DNA of 64,000 nucleotides from Bdellovibrionales bacterium (GCA_965200875.1 OZ241456.1:1184001-1248000), one strand, 5' to 3'. Positions 50,077 through 60,284 are shown, numbered from the stretch's first letter. Translations and numbers: made by a program. The notes: generated by a model not told the origin, from the sequence alone.

Positions 50077-52282
50077 TTTACTCTGTATTTTGATTCCGCT
50101 CATAATATTTTTTCACTCTGCTCCGGGGTTTTCTTTTTTCAGTGAAACCTCCTGTTTTGATGAAAACAAAGTCTTTGTTTCCCGTTATTTCTCTGGTCAA
50201 TCCCATATCAGGGAATTGGAATCTTTTTTCGAGTGCATCAACAATATTATTAATGTTTTTTTGAATCATACAGAAACGGAAAATCCACAATATTACACAC
50301 AAACAGAGTTAAGCCGTTTTATATTGCTCATGGGATTCGGACAAAACAACCCTCAAACTGAAGCCGAAGCAAGAACCAGAGCCACGACTATCAGCCAAGT
50401 GATACTCAATCTCAAAACCAGCTTTATCGGAGGTCATCCAAACCGGTTGAGCCGGCAGGAGATCGCCATCAGTCAGCACATTCTGTCTATCTTCAAAAAA
50501 CGAATGCAATCCATGATTACCACGATTCCCCTGCTCATCCAGATACTAAATAAAAAAAACATAAAAAGAGCAAAGCTGTTAACCGCCACTAACACAATGA
50601 AAACCAATTTATCTGAATTAGGTTCTCAATTATCCCGGGTATCTTTTGCCTCTAACCTGTCTCTTTTAAACAAATTACCACAAAATTTAAAAACACTGGG
50701 TTTTACAAGTATTCATTTACAATATTGGAAACCGGCCATGTTAATGCTCAGTCAGTGGAAAAAGATTTTTTTGAACTCATCAGAACATATTATCCACAGC
50801 GTGGAATATCCGTTTCTTTTAGATTCATTCTCCAAACTTATGTCTCTTTGGTTTTACCATAAAAGGTTTTTAGAGGGAAGATTTTGGCTGGACACCCGTG
50901 TTATTCAACATGTGCAACACTTTCTATCGTACTCTTTAAACCTCGTGCAGGAAACCTATAAAAAATCGAAAAAAAATGGCATCTCTTTATACGATATTGA
51001 TGAATTGGCCCGCAGAACATGGTTTCTACCCTATATATCCCAGCCTATTTTCCGATTGGGTTTGCGTTCTGCATTTTGTTTCCTGTTGGAGCCTCTAACG
51101 ACTAGAAAAACCTGTAACCACAATCTGAATTTTAAACAACCGGATTTAAAAGTCAGTTTCTCTGACATCACATTTACTGTTACATCAGCAAAAACCATCC
51201 ATGAGTCTCAATCTGGGAACAACAGTAATCGCATTATTAATTCGCACTTTGACATTTTAAGACAATACATGAACTCCTGGATCAATACTGAAAACATCAT
51301 AAGACGAACATCCCAAATACCTTCTTTTTTTGGTTCTCCTCATAAATGGCTGACCAGAAGATTGAACATTACTGCTGACAAACGATTGCAATTTTACACA
51401 AATAGAACTGAGAACATTCCCCTCCTCAGCTACCTGAATTGGCAGGCTCATCTAATGAAGTGGATGACTTCCGCCTATACAAATAGAGGAGAACAACAGC
51501 AGATCAATCAACAACTATGGAATACAATGATAAAAGAATGGACGGCTCTTAGCGTTTCCATTTACAAAGACATGAACTGGGAATCTTTTCAACACTTGGG
51601 TTTTCAGGTTTTTAAACATGGCGACTTTTTAACCTCTCATTCCAACGGAGATAAAATTCTGCAAGAAGAAGAAATTTTAGAACTGTTTTCTATTTTCACA
51701 TCCTCTTTAGGGACCGTTCTCGCAAGCCAGGAAATCATACAAAATTGTAAAGGTTCCACACCCTACCACCTTCGTGCAGACTGTGTCTGGAATCATCTAC
51801 AATATCTGCCCACAAACATTTTTGAGGGATTTCCACATCTGCTGGATAGTGTGTCACAAGATGAAGAAAAAAGAATTTCCTACATAGGCCAATTACACTC
51901 TTTTCAAAACGCCAAAGAGGAACTTTCTCTTAAGGATTTGTTTGAAATATTTTTATTTGTGCACTATCAGGAAAATACAATGGAATATTTGGATAGAGAC
52001 TCCTCCCAAGATTTAAGTACTCGAGAACTGGAACCTTTATTGAATGTTTTTGAACAAACTCTTATTGATGACATGCCTCTCATCTACACCAAAAGAGAAG
52101 CTTTTGCTTTTATAACCTATTTTTTTCATTACGGTGAAGTTCCTGTTTTTCCCGAACACAATAAAATCAGTGCTCCTGTTCGTTTCAGCAACTGGCTGAT
52201 GACTCCCCAAAAGTGGCAAATACAGGCAGATCGGGAAAGTATTTTACAAACATTATTTTTGATAAACAAACAGCTGAATTAG
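50066..52282 (+). CDS. large exported hypothetical protein with EF-hand-like motifs
   Basis: Signal peptide MTFNLLCILIPL; SNGDKILQEEE, LDRDSSQDLSTRE; paralog of 44278-46740. Confidence 0.75.
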   Translation: MTFNLLCILIPLIIFFHSAPGFSFFSETSCFDENKVFVSRYFSGQSHIRELESFFECINNIINVFLNHTETENPQYYTQTELSRFILLMGFGQNNPQTEAEARTRATTISQVILNLKTSFIGGHPNRLSRQEIAISQHILSIFKKRMQSMITTIPLLIQILNKKNIKRAKLLTATNTMKTNLSELGSQLSRVSFASNLSLLNKLPQNLKTLGFTSIHLQYWKPAMLMLSQWKKIFLNSSEHIIHSVEYPFLLDSFSKLMSLWFYHKRFLEGRFWLDTRVIQHVQHFLSYSLNLVQETYKKSKKNGISLYDIDELARRTWFLPYISQPIFRLGLRSAFCFLLEPLTTRKTCNHNLNFKQPDLKVSFSDITFTVTSAKTIHESQSGNNSNRIINSHFDILRQYMNSWINTENIIRRTSQIPSFFGSPHKWLTRRLNITADKRLQFYTNRTENIPLLSYLNWQAHLMKWMTSAYTNRGEQQQINQQLWNTMIKEWTALSVSIYKDMNWESFQHLGFQVFKHGDFLTSHSNGDKILQEEEILELFSIFTSSLGTVLASQEIIQNCKGSTPYHLRADCVWNHLQYLPTNIFEGFPHLLDSVSQDEEKRISYIGQLHSFQNAKEELSLKDLFEIFLFVHYQENTMEYLDRDSSQDLSTRELEPLLNVFEQTLIDDMPLIYTKREAFAFITYFFHYGEVPVFPEHNKISAPVRFSNWLMTPQKWQIQADRESILQTLFLINKQLN

Positions 52283-52780
52283 AATTTTTTTTTAATTCTT
52301 GAATAACTGCATTTTCTGTCATTACATACCTCTTTAGACGGTTTTTTTCATTTTGGGAAAATTTTTTACATGATCATTTATTCAAAGAAGTCTACTCGCA
52401 AACCAAGTATTGTGTGGATATCCTAAGCCTCGTTCTCTCAAAAGAAGAAATGAAACTTTTTGATTGGACCAACCTTAAAACAGAAGCCACAACTTTTATT
52501 GACAAATCCGCAAAAGAAAAACGCATGGACCTCCTTTAGATGTGTCAAAAGATGCTAGGGATTTGACAACTCGTCCTATTTTGTATATTTTAAAACATAT
52601 CTGGCGACTTGGAATTTTATTAAAAAACGGTCTAAAAATGGCTTCTTGAAAGGAAAGAGGCCAGATTCTTTGTTCAATCATTGTACAACCATGTAAAGAT
52701 TACACGGGCTTGTTTTTTTATTAAGTGTTTTTCATAAACACCTGTATTATTCAAAGAAACTTAAACAAAGGAGATAAATA

Positions 52781-53440
52781 ATGAAATTAATAATTACTTT
52801 ACTATTTTTAAGCTTAGGTGCTTTGAGCTATGGCCAGAATGAGGCTGAACAATCTTCTAGACAGGTGGAAAGTGACACTCCTATTGGTATTATGGCGACT
52901 ATTTATGATTTGTATGGCCTGTATGACCGGGTCACTGGCTCTTCTTCATGTAATATAAATAATTATTTTAATGAATATAGATATAAAGAAAGGAAGGATA
53001 TATTTAAGTGTGATTTGCAAGGAGCGGATATGCGAGAGGCGAATTTGAGTAATGCTACTTTGAATTTTTCGAATTTAATAGAGGCAAATTTGAGTTTTGC
53101 AAATTTACATAAGGCACATGCAGTAGGTTCAAATTTTTATAAAGCAGATTTGACTGGTGCAGATTTGCGGGAAACGATATTGGTTGACGCAAATTTTTTA
53201 ATGGCAGATTTGACTGGGGCGAATATGTCTGGGGCGGATTTGCGTTTTTCAGGTTTTAAAGAGGCGAATTTAACTGGGGTGAATCTGACTGGGGCGGATT
53301 TGCGTTTTGTGTATTTTAGTGACACGAATTTTACTGATGTAAATATGACTAATGCGAAAGTTGATCCGGACTTGGCGACTTTTTTAACTTCACAAGGTAT
53401 AAGTGGTTTTATTGTTGTTGATGAGGAGGAAGGTAAATAA
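52781..53440 (+). CDS. secreted pentapeptide-repeat protein, cassette 1
   Basis: Signal peptide MKLIITLLFLSLGALSYG; A(D/N)LXX repeats; AGGAG RBS. Confidence 0.92.
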   Translation: MKLIITLLFLSLGALSYGQNEAEQSSRQVESDTPIGIMATIYDLYGLYDRVTGSSSCNINNYFNEYRYKERKDIFKCDLQGADMREANLSNATLNFSNLIEANLSFANLHKAHAVGSNFYKADLTGADLRETILVDANFLMADLTGANMSGADLRFSGFKEANLTGVNLTGADLRFVYFSDTNFTDVNMTNAKVDPDLATFLTSQGISGFIVVDEEEGK

Positions 53441-53987
53441 TGAAATTAATAATTGCTTTACTTTTTTTAAGCTTAGGTGTTTTGAGCTATGGCCAGAATG
53501 AGGCTACCTGTAATATTGATAATTATCGAGACTATATCTATACGATAGGAAATCATCAGTGCGATCTGGCAAATGCGGTTTTGTACGAAGCGGATTTGCG
53601 AGGAGCGAATTTGTACGGGGCTAATCTGCAGTGGGCGAAATTGATACTGGCTGATTTATCTTTGCATCCTCTGCTTCTGGATTTTTTTCTCAGTGGTTCT
53701 TTGGTAAGTCATTGAGAAATACGGATTTGCGAAGGGCGAATTTGTACGAGGCGAAATTGATCGCCGCGAATTTGAGTAATGCTCTTTTTAACTTTGCGGA
53801 TTTACGAAATGCGGATTTACGAGAGGCTAATTTTACAGAGGCGGATTTGAGCGGGGCGGATTTGCGAGGAGCGAATTTGCGAAGGGCGAATTTTTACAAT
53901 GCGAAAGTTGATCCGGACTTGGCGACTTTTTTAACTTCACAAGGTATAAGTGGTTTTATTGTTGTTGATGAGGAGGAAGGTAAATAA
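53440..53987 (+). pseudogene. secreted pentapeptide-repeat protein, cassette 2, frameshifted by a 56-bp insertion
   Basis: Two 91-aa ORFs join into one cassette if 53658-53713 is removed (ADL-RNTDL). Confidence 0.85.
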
Positions 53988-54463
53988 TGAAATTAATAAT
54001 TACTTTACTATTTTTAAGCTTAGGAGCTTTTAGTTATGGCCAGAATGAGGCTACCTGTAATATTGATAATTATAAAGACTATATCTATACGCCCGGAGAT
54101 CATCAGTGCGATTTGGAAGGGGCATTTTTGTTCAGAATGAATTTGAGCTATGCGAATTTGCAAGGTGCGGATTTGCAAAGAGTGAATTTGTACAGAGCGA
54201 ATTTGCAATGGGCGAACTTGAGCGGGGCGTATTTGTACCGAGCGAATTTGCAAAGAGCGAATTTGCAAGGTGCGGATTTGCAAAGAGTGAATTTGTACAG
54301 AGCGGATTTGCAAGGGGCGAATTTGCAAGGTGCGGATTTGCAAGGGGCGAATTTGCGTAGTGCGAATTTTACAAATGCGAAAGTTGATCCGGATTTGGGT
54401 GCTTATTTAACCTCACAAGGTGTAAGTGGTTTTGTTGTTGTTGAAGATGAGGAAGGTCACTAA
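53987..54463 (+). CDS. secreted pentapeptide-repeat protein, cassette 3
   Basis: Same signal peptide and C-terminus; ANLQG/ADLQR repeats. Confidence 0.92.
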   Translation: MKLIITLLFLSLGAFSYGQNEATCNIDNYKDYIYTPGDHQCDLEGAFLFRMNLSYANLQGADLQRVNLYRANLQWANLSGAYLYRANLQRANLQGADLQRVNLYRADLQGANLQGADLQGANLRSANFTNAKVDPDLGAYLTSQGVSGFVVVEDEEGH

Positions 54464-55086
54464 TGAAATTAATAATTACTTTACTATTTTTAAGCTTAGG
54501 AGCTTTGAGCTATGGCCAGAATGAGGCTAAGACTACCTGTAATATTGATAATTATCGAGACTATATCTATACGCCCGGAAGGCATGAGTGCAATTTATCT
54601 GGTGCAGATTTGAGTGGTGCAGATTTGAGTAATGCGAATTTGTCTATGGCGAATTTGCGAGAGGCGAATTTGAGTAATACGAATCTGACTGGGGCGAATT
54701 TGTGGCTTGCGAATTTGTCTATGGCGAATTTGCGAGAGGCGAATTTGCGTAATGCGGATTTGCGTATTGCGGATTTGAGTTATGCGGGTTTGTGGGCGGC
54801 GAAGTTACACTCTGCGGATTTGAGCGGGGCGAATTTGTACCGAGCGGATTTGAGTAATGCGAATTTGTCTATGGCGAAGTTTCGTAATGTGAATTTGCGT
54901 GGTGCGAATTTGCGAGAGGCGAATTTGTATCTGGCGGATTTTTTCGTAGATAACGGGGATATTAAAAATACAGATTTTGGCAAGGCAAAAGTTGATCGGT
55001 TCGCAGCGTATTATTTATACTCAATAGGTGTAAGAGGTTTTGTTATTGTTGATGATGATCCTGTAGAAAACATAATAAATGAATAA
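54463..55086 (+). CDS. secreted pentapeptide-repeat protein, cassette 4 (terminal)
   Basis: Same signal peptide; variant C-terminus AKVDRFAAYYLYSIGVRGFVIVDDDPVENIINE. Confidence 0.92.
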   Translation: MKLIITLLFLSLGALSYGQNEAKTTCNIDNYRDYIYTPGRHECNLSGADLSGADLSNANLSMANLREANLSNTNLTGANLWLANLSMANLREANLRNADLRIADLSYAGLWAAKLHSADLSGANLYRADLSNANLSMAKFRNVNLRGANLREANLYLADFFVDNGDIKNTDFGKAKVDRFAAYYLYSIGVRGFVIVDDDPVENIINE

Positions 55087-55226
55087 ACACTTTACTGTCT
55101 AGGAGGCAGATAATCTTCTACATTATAATTTTCATAACTTCCTTTGGTTAGAAGAAGCCTGTTTTAATCTCAGACAGGCTTTTTCGTTTTAAGGTAATCA
55201 TAATCAACCGGGGTCGGTTGTATATC
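54985..55226 (+). repeat. inverted repeat arm A (partner at 63436-63694)
   Basis: Near-identical reverse complement including GAAAACATAATAAATGAATAA and CTAGGAGGCAGATAATCTTCTACATTATAATTTTCATAAC. Confidence 0.9.
55155..55184 (+). terminator. intrinsic terminator after the pentapeptide array
   Basis: AAGCCTGT-loop-ACAGGCTT-TTT. Confidence 0.75.
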
Positions 55227-55501
55227 GCGAAAGGGGGGTTACGGTTTTCCCCCCGGCTCAAAACCCCCTTTTTATGCACTTATTCCCGCGGGAAAAGATG
55301 GAGACCCACCCACCGCGATGTATGATGCCCCCCCCCTTTTCTTTATGATTCCAGTTATTTTTTATTCACTTGTTTAAACAATAAATAGGTAAGTGTTTCA
55401 TTTTGAGAAGATAAGCAGAAAAATAAATATTCTTTACCAAGATTTTATGAGTCCGGGAAATAAGCGTGTATTCTGAATGGAAATAAAAAAAGGAGGGTTT
55501 T

Positions 55502-56068
55502 ATGAAGTTTATTTTATCCATAACATTGATGCCATTTTTTGCAGTTTTCAGTATATCGGCTTTTGGTTTTGGAGCTGTGGGGTCACACGGAACTACATAC
55601 CAAAGAGCCGCCGAAAGGAAGGCTAGAGCAACCAACAGCGGGGGTTCATCCTCAGTGCGAGTAAAGCGTAAAGCTCTTGTATCTCCACCAAAACCAACAG
55701 TAATTTCCGGTGGTGGCGTTTGGTTTAAACCAAAAGTAATGTATCAAAGTCCCTCTATACCTCCACCCCCTCCACTAAAAAGTTTCGGTGGTGGTGGTCC
55801 TGAAAAAGATGTAAGGTTCAGTCGTAGCATTGGGATAGCTCCAACGCCAGCAGTAAAAAGACTACCAGCTGGATCAAGTACTCTTGCTAAAGAAATTGAA
55901 CAATGGAAAAGTGACTATTTACGGGTAAAGGCAGAGCTTAATCATCTAAAAGCATCATGTTCTGGTTCTAGTGCGGAAACCCCGATTTCAGGTGGTAGTA
56001 TTCCAGATACTACAGTTATGCCGGGAAATTCAAATTCAAAAGTAATAGCATCAAAAACAGTGAGGTGA
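55502..56068 (+). CDS. hypothetical exported Pro/Gly/Ser-rich protein
   Basis: AGGAGG RBS, signal peptide, short coiled coil. Confidence 0.7.
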   Translation: MKFILSITLMPFFAVFSISAFGFGAVGSHGTTYQRAAERKARATNSGGSSSVRVKRKALVSPPKPTVISGGGVWFKPKVMYQSPSIPPPPPLKSFGGGGPEKDVRFSRSIGIAPTPAVKRLPAGSSTLAKEIEQWKSDYLRVKAELNHLKASCSGSSAETPISGGSIPDTTVMPGNSNSKVIASKTVR

Positions 56069-56187
56069 TTTTAAAATGGAAATAATGCTGTAATGAAAGA
56101 ATAAAAATATACAAAGCCAAGTTTCATATTTAATCCTTGGTAAAAAAATAATCTTATGGCCCGGAAGTGCCGAAAAGATAAATACAA

Positions 56188-56544
56188 ATGAAATATACAG
56201 TAATTATTTTCTTTTTAGATCTATGTGGTTGCGCTAGTACGGGTTTGTTTTCAAAAACCGGTTCGGCATTTGTGAGTGTTCAAACAGAAAGTGGTGGTGT
56301 GGCTTACAATAAAGGGGATATAAAAGCCACCGGTGAGGCTTGTTCATATAATGTTTTAGGTATTGTGGCGATTGGTGATAGCTCAATACACACGGCAAGA
56401 AAATACGGTGGCTTGAGCCGTGTTTTTTATTTTGATACTGAGATTGTCAATGCAATTGATCTTTTTGGAATGATTTGCACAAAAGTTTATAGACTCCCAC
56501 GGCTAAAGCCGTGGTGCTCTGCCTGGCGGCCACATGGAGAATAA
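56188..56544 (+). CDS. TRL-like family lipoprotein
   Basis: LCGC lipobox; GEACSYNVLGIVAIGDSSI..A...G...CTKVY pattern. Confidence 0.75.
   Translation: MKYTVIIFFLDLCGCASTGLFSKTGSAFVSVQTESGGVAYNKGDIKATGEACSYNVLGIVAIGDSSIHTARKYGGLSRVFYFDTEIVNAIDLFGMICTKVYRLPRLKPWCSAWRPHGE
56491..56535. mobile_element. 45-bp palindromic IS200/IS605-end-like insertion, in frame
   Basis: GC-rich hairpin CCACGGCT-AA-AGCCGTGG between KVY and GE-stop codons. Confidence 0.6.
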
Positions 56545-56676
56545 TCAGAGGAAAACTTTGTTATTCCAGTAACTTAGAGCGAAAAAAGCCGAAATCCCAG
56601 AAAAAAATGATCACCCACCCTAGTTGCATCTTCTATGAGACTGTATTGGTCTCTTTTTTATAACCGCTGAAAGCAT

Positions 56677-58155
56677 CTACTCCAACCGGTAGTTAGGAGC
56701 TTCTTTCGTAATGTTCACATTATGGATATGTGATTCAGAAAAACTTTTAGAACTTATTTTTATAAATTGAGCTTTGTTTTGGAAATCAATAATATTTTTA
56801 GCACCAGAATATCCCATCCCGGCTTTTAACCCTCCCGCCATCTGGTACAAAACGCCACCGGCAGAACCCCGATAAGGAACTCTCCCCTCCACACCTTCCG
56901 GAACCATTTTATCAGAGACAAAAATATTTTCCTGACGATAACGATCTTTGGAACCTTTTTTCATGGCACCCAAACTCCCCATACCCCGGTAAGCTTTATA
57001 AGCTCTACCACGATAAAGCACCATCTCTCCGGGGCTTTCCTCTGAACCAGCCAACATATTCCCTACCATAACGGCATGTGCCCCTAAAGCTATGGCTTTT
57101 GTAAAATCCCCGGAATGTTTTAATCCTCCATCCGCCACTAAAGCTTTTCCTTTTTTTTCAAGTACACGCCCGCAATTCAAAATAGCACTCACCTGAGGAA
57201 CTCCCACACCAGAAACCACTCTGGTTGTACATATACTCCCAGGACCCATGCCCACTTTAACAATATCCGCACCGGCAGAAGCCAAAGCCATCGCTCCATC
57301 TCCTGTGGCCACATTGCCTGCCATGATAACTGTATCTTGGTATTTGTTTTTTAAAAAAGAAATCATATCCATTACATTTTTTGAAAAACCATGAGCCGTA
57401 TCCACACATAAAAGATCCACTTCTGCTGAAATCAGTTTTTCTGCTCTCTGTTTTTCGTCAGATCCTGCACCTATTCCCGCTCCCACAAACAGACGACCAT
57501 GCCTATCTTTGGTGGCAAACGGAAAAGCTGTGGCTTTTTCTATATCCTTGATAGTGATTAAACCTTTTAAAGCTCCCTTATTGTCCGTAACAGGTAGTTT
57601 TTCAATACGATGTTTATGTAAAATCTCCTTTGCTTTTTCCAAAGTGGTCCCCTCTCTGGCCGTAATCAGTTTTTCTTTGGAAGTCATAATATGGGAAACA
57701 GGCTGATTCAGATTTACTTCAAATCTGAGATCCCGATTAGTTAAAATTCCCTCCAGCTGATTTTTTTTTGTAATGGGAACTCCACTGATAGAATGCTTTT
57801 TCATCAATTCCAGAGCTTTATAAACGGACGCTGAAGGAGAAAGAGTAATGGGATCTAAGATCATTCCGCTTTCATACTTTTTCACTTTTTGCACTTCATA
57901 GCATTGGCTTTTAATACTCATGTTTTTATGGATCACACCAAATCCGCCGTTTTGCGCCATCACCTGTGCCATTTTATGCTCAGTAACAGTATCCATAGCG
58001 GCAGAAATAACAGGATTATTGAGAACAAGATTTTTTGTAAGACGCGTTTTTGTTGAAATTTGAGCTGGCAGAACTTCAGAATACCCTGGAAGGATAAGAA
58101 TATCATCAAAAGTAAGAGCCTCTTGTTGAGCCTGACGGAAAAAGTCCTCTCTCAT
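56677..58155 (-). CDS. guaB: IMP dehydrogenase
   Basis: [12 protein letters not shown] pair, [18 protein letters not shown]. Confidence 0.99.
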   Translation of the reverse strand: MREDFFRQAQQEALTFDDILILPGYSEVLPAQISTKTRLTKNLVLNNPVISAAMDTVTEHKMAQVMAQNGGFGVIHKNMSIKSQCYEVQKVKKYESGMILDPITLSPSASVYKALELMKKHSISGVPITKKNQLEGILTNRDLRFEVNLNQPVSHIMTSKEKLITAREGTTLEKAKEILHKHRIEKLPVTDNKGALKGLITIKDIEKATAFPFATKDRHGRLFVGAGIGAGSDEKQRAEKLISAEVDLLCVDTAHGFSKNVMDMISFLKNKYQDTVIMAGNVATGDGAMALASAGADIVKVGMGPGSICTTRVVSGVGVPQVSAILNCGRVLEKKGKALVADGGLKHSGDFTKAIALGAHAVMVGNMLAGSEESPGEMVLYRGRAYKAYRGMGSLGAMKKGSKDRYRQENIFVSDKMVPEGVEGRVPYRGSAGGVLYQMAGGLKAGMGYSGAKNIIDFQNKAQFIKISSKSFSESHIHNVNITKEAPNYRLE

Positions 58156-58213
58156 TATCCTTTAGCCTCTTACCAGAAATTAAGTGATATGGAAAGTATT
58201 TTTTTAAATGAAA

Positions 58214-58792
58214 TTAGTTAAGATACATGGGTTTTCTCACGGAGCCTTTTTTTAAAGGCTGTTCCATTTTTTGATCCAGCATATCCATCATAAATTGTTC
58301 CGTGCAGTAAAAACGACTGGCAGAATAAATCGCAAAGGGAATAACATCATCAGCATATAGATTCATGGAACGAACAACCGGATGACCACTCACAACCACT
58401 TGTGTATTAATGTTTCCTTTTTCGCATTTTAAAAAATAGCATTTTTCAATTTTTACCTTCATGGCATTTAAAAGCTCACCCAGAAAATGAAAAGGCTCCT
58501 CCCGGCGCATACTTTGATGAACAAAAATCTGCCCCTGCAAACGGGAAAGCGAAACAGCAAACCTTTTTGAACCTTCTTTTTCCTTAAAAACCATCAAACA
58601 AAGATTGGGAATCATACCTCCCACCAATCCGTGAGGAATGACCTCTACCCATTTGTCTTTTTCTGTTTGTTCCTGATGGAACTTGGATTTTTCTTTCAAA
58701 GCGTCTACTGCTTTTTCCAGAATAGGACCAGATCTATCAACAGGGGTTTTTACCTCTTTTTTGATTTCTTCTTTCATAACTCTCCTTATCAT
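58214..58792 (-). CDS. hypothetical protein, possibly bifunctional nuclease (DUF151)-like
   Basis: Length and layout (LMVFKE...RFAV, LLNAMKVKI, ADDVIPFA) loosely fit DUF151. Confidence 0.45.
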   Translation of the reverse strand: MIRRVMKEEIKKEVKTPVDRSGPILEKAVDALKEKSKFHQEQTEKDKWVEVIPHGLVGGMIPNLCLMVFKEKEGSKRFAVSLSRLQGQIFVHQSMRREEPFHFLGELLNAMKVKIEKCYFLKCEKGNINTQVVVSGHPVVRSMNLYADDVIPFAIYSASRFYCTEQFMMDMLDQKMEQPLKKGSVRKPMYLN

Positions 58793-58853
58793 TAAACAGC
58801 TTTTCCAAGTTTAAAACCTATTTTTTGCCTGTCTGCAAATTATATCTTAAAAA

Positions 58854-60269
58854 TTATGACAATAATTCTCCATAAAGCACTTGAGGGTAGGTTTTGTGAA
58901 TTTTCACCGAAACAATTTTTCCTTTTAAGTGCTCAGGGCCGTAAAAGTGCACTACCTTGTTTTGAGGAGACCTTCCAGTTAAATATCTTGTTTTGTTACA
59001 CTTTTTCTCCACTAAAACCTCTAAAATCTGTTTTTTATACTCCTTTGACCGGGAAAAAGCAAATTCAATGTGTTTTTGATTCAGACGGGCAAGTCTTTTG
59101 GATTTTTCATTTTCCGGTACCTGATTTTCAAACTTGGCCGCTTTCGTAAAAGGACGAGGGGAATATTTGAAAGAATAAATCATTTCAAAAGGCACTTCAT
59201 CCAACAAACTCAAAGTATCCTGAAAGTCCCTTTCAGTTTCTCCGGGAAAACCTACGATTAAATCAGTGGAAAGAGCGACCTTTGGCATTCCATTTAAAAT
59301 CATTTTGGCTTTCTTAATATATTCCTCCCTAGTATAGCCTCGGTTCATTTTTTCCAAAATACGCGAATTTCCTGACTGAGCGGGCAAATGTATGGCGGGC
59401 ATTATTTTTTTTCTGTGAGATTGCATAATATCAATAAGCTCTTCATTAAAATCCTTTGGATGCGGAGAGGTAAAACGAAGCCTTTTAATATCTGTTTTTT
59501 CACATAAAGCCAGTAAAAGCTTGCCAAAATCAGAACCAGAATCGGAACAACGGTATGAATTGACATTTTGCCCCAGAAGAGTCACTTCCTTCACTCCTTT
59601 TTCCGTCAGATTTTTCACATCTTTACAAATATGAGAGAGAGGTCTGCTTCTTTCTCTGCCTCGTGTAAATGGCACTACACAAAAAGTGCAGAAATTGTCA
59701 CAACCCTTCATAATATTTACGAAAGCAGATACCTTAGGATTTCGAATCAGAGTTTGAATATGATAAGGTTCAGAGGTTGTAAAGCGAGTTTCCTTTATTT
59801 TCTGCTCCCCTTGCTCCATGCGGGACACAATATGAGGTAAATCGTCAATAGCGTCTGGACCAAATACAAAATCCACCAGTGGCATTTCCTGTAAAATCTT
59901 CTTTTTCTCCTGTTGGGCCACACAACCAGCTACTCCAATTTTCAGAAGAGGTTTTTTTTTCTTCAAAGCATGATAGCGTCCCACTTCCGATCGCACCTTA
60001 TGCATCGGCTTTTCACGAACAGAACAGGAATTGATAATAATCATTTGCGCCTGATCCGGGCTGACAGCAGGTGCATAGTTAATCATTTCCAGAAGAGAAT
60101 ACATTCTTTCTGTGTCATTCACATTCATCTGGCATCCATAAGTGGAAATATAAACATTTTTTTTCTGAGCAACAAAAGAGCGGTTATCTGGAAATGAATC
60201 TGACCTTTTTTCATTAAGGCTAGATGAAAGATTCGTATCTTTTAAAAGGCAACTATCTAGATTTTTCAT
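58854..60269 (-). CDS. miaB: tRNA methylthiotransferase MiaB
   Basis: STYGCQMNVND, NSCSVRE, GCDNFCTFCVVP (radical SAM), TRAM domain. Confidence 0.97.
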   Translation of the reverse strand: MKNLDSCLLKDTNLSSSLNEKRSDSFPDNRSFVAQKKNVYISTYGCQMNVNDTERMYSLLEMINYAPAVSPDQAQMIIINSCSVREKPMHKVRSEVGRYHALKKKKPLLKIGVAGCVAQQEKKKILQEMPLVDFVFGPDAIDDLPHIVSRMEQGEQKIKETRFTTSEPYHIQTLIRNPKVSAFVNIMKGCDNFCTFCVVPFTRGRERSRPLSHICKDVKNLTEKGVKEVTLLGQNVNSYRCSDSGSDFGKLLLALCEKTDIKRLRFTSPHPKDFNEELIDIMQSHRKKIMPAIHLPAQSGNSRILEKMNRGYTREEYIKKAKMILNGMPKVALSTDLIVGFPGETERDFQDTLSLLDEVPFEMIYSFKYSPRPFTKAAKFENQVPENEKSKRLARLNQKHIEFAFSRSKEYKKQILEVLVEKKCNKTRYLTGRSPQNKVVHFYGPEHLKGKIVSVKIHKTYPQVLYGELLS

Positions 60270-60284
60270 TTTTTTCCTTCTTTT

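Noticed and set aside
54020..54360. Alternative-frame and antisense ORFs with repeats (QIRSVQIHSL, SEFARCGFA)
   Set aside because: Shadows of the 15-bp pentapeptide periodicity; the same applies to most short antisense ORFs in the track
52781..55086. Pentapeptide array as a CRISPR array or diversity-generating retroelement
   Set aside because: Repeats are long and protein-coding; no cas or reverse transcriptase gene in the window; differences are not visibly adenine-restricted
52781..55086. Qnr/MfpA quinolone-resistance genes
   Set aside because: All cassettes have signal peptides, which is inconsistent with cytoplasmic gyrase protection
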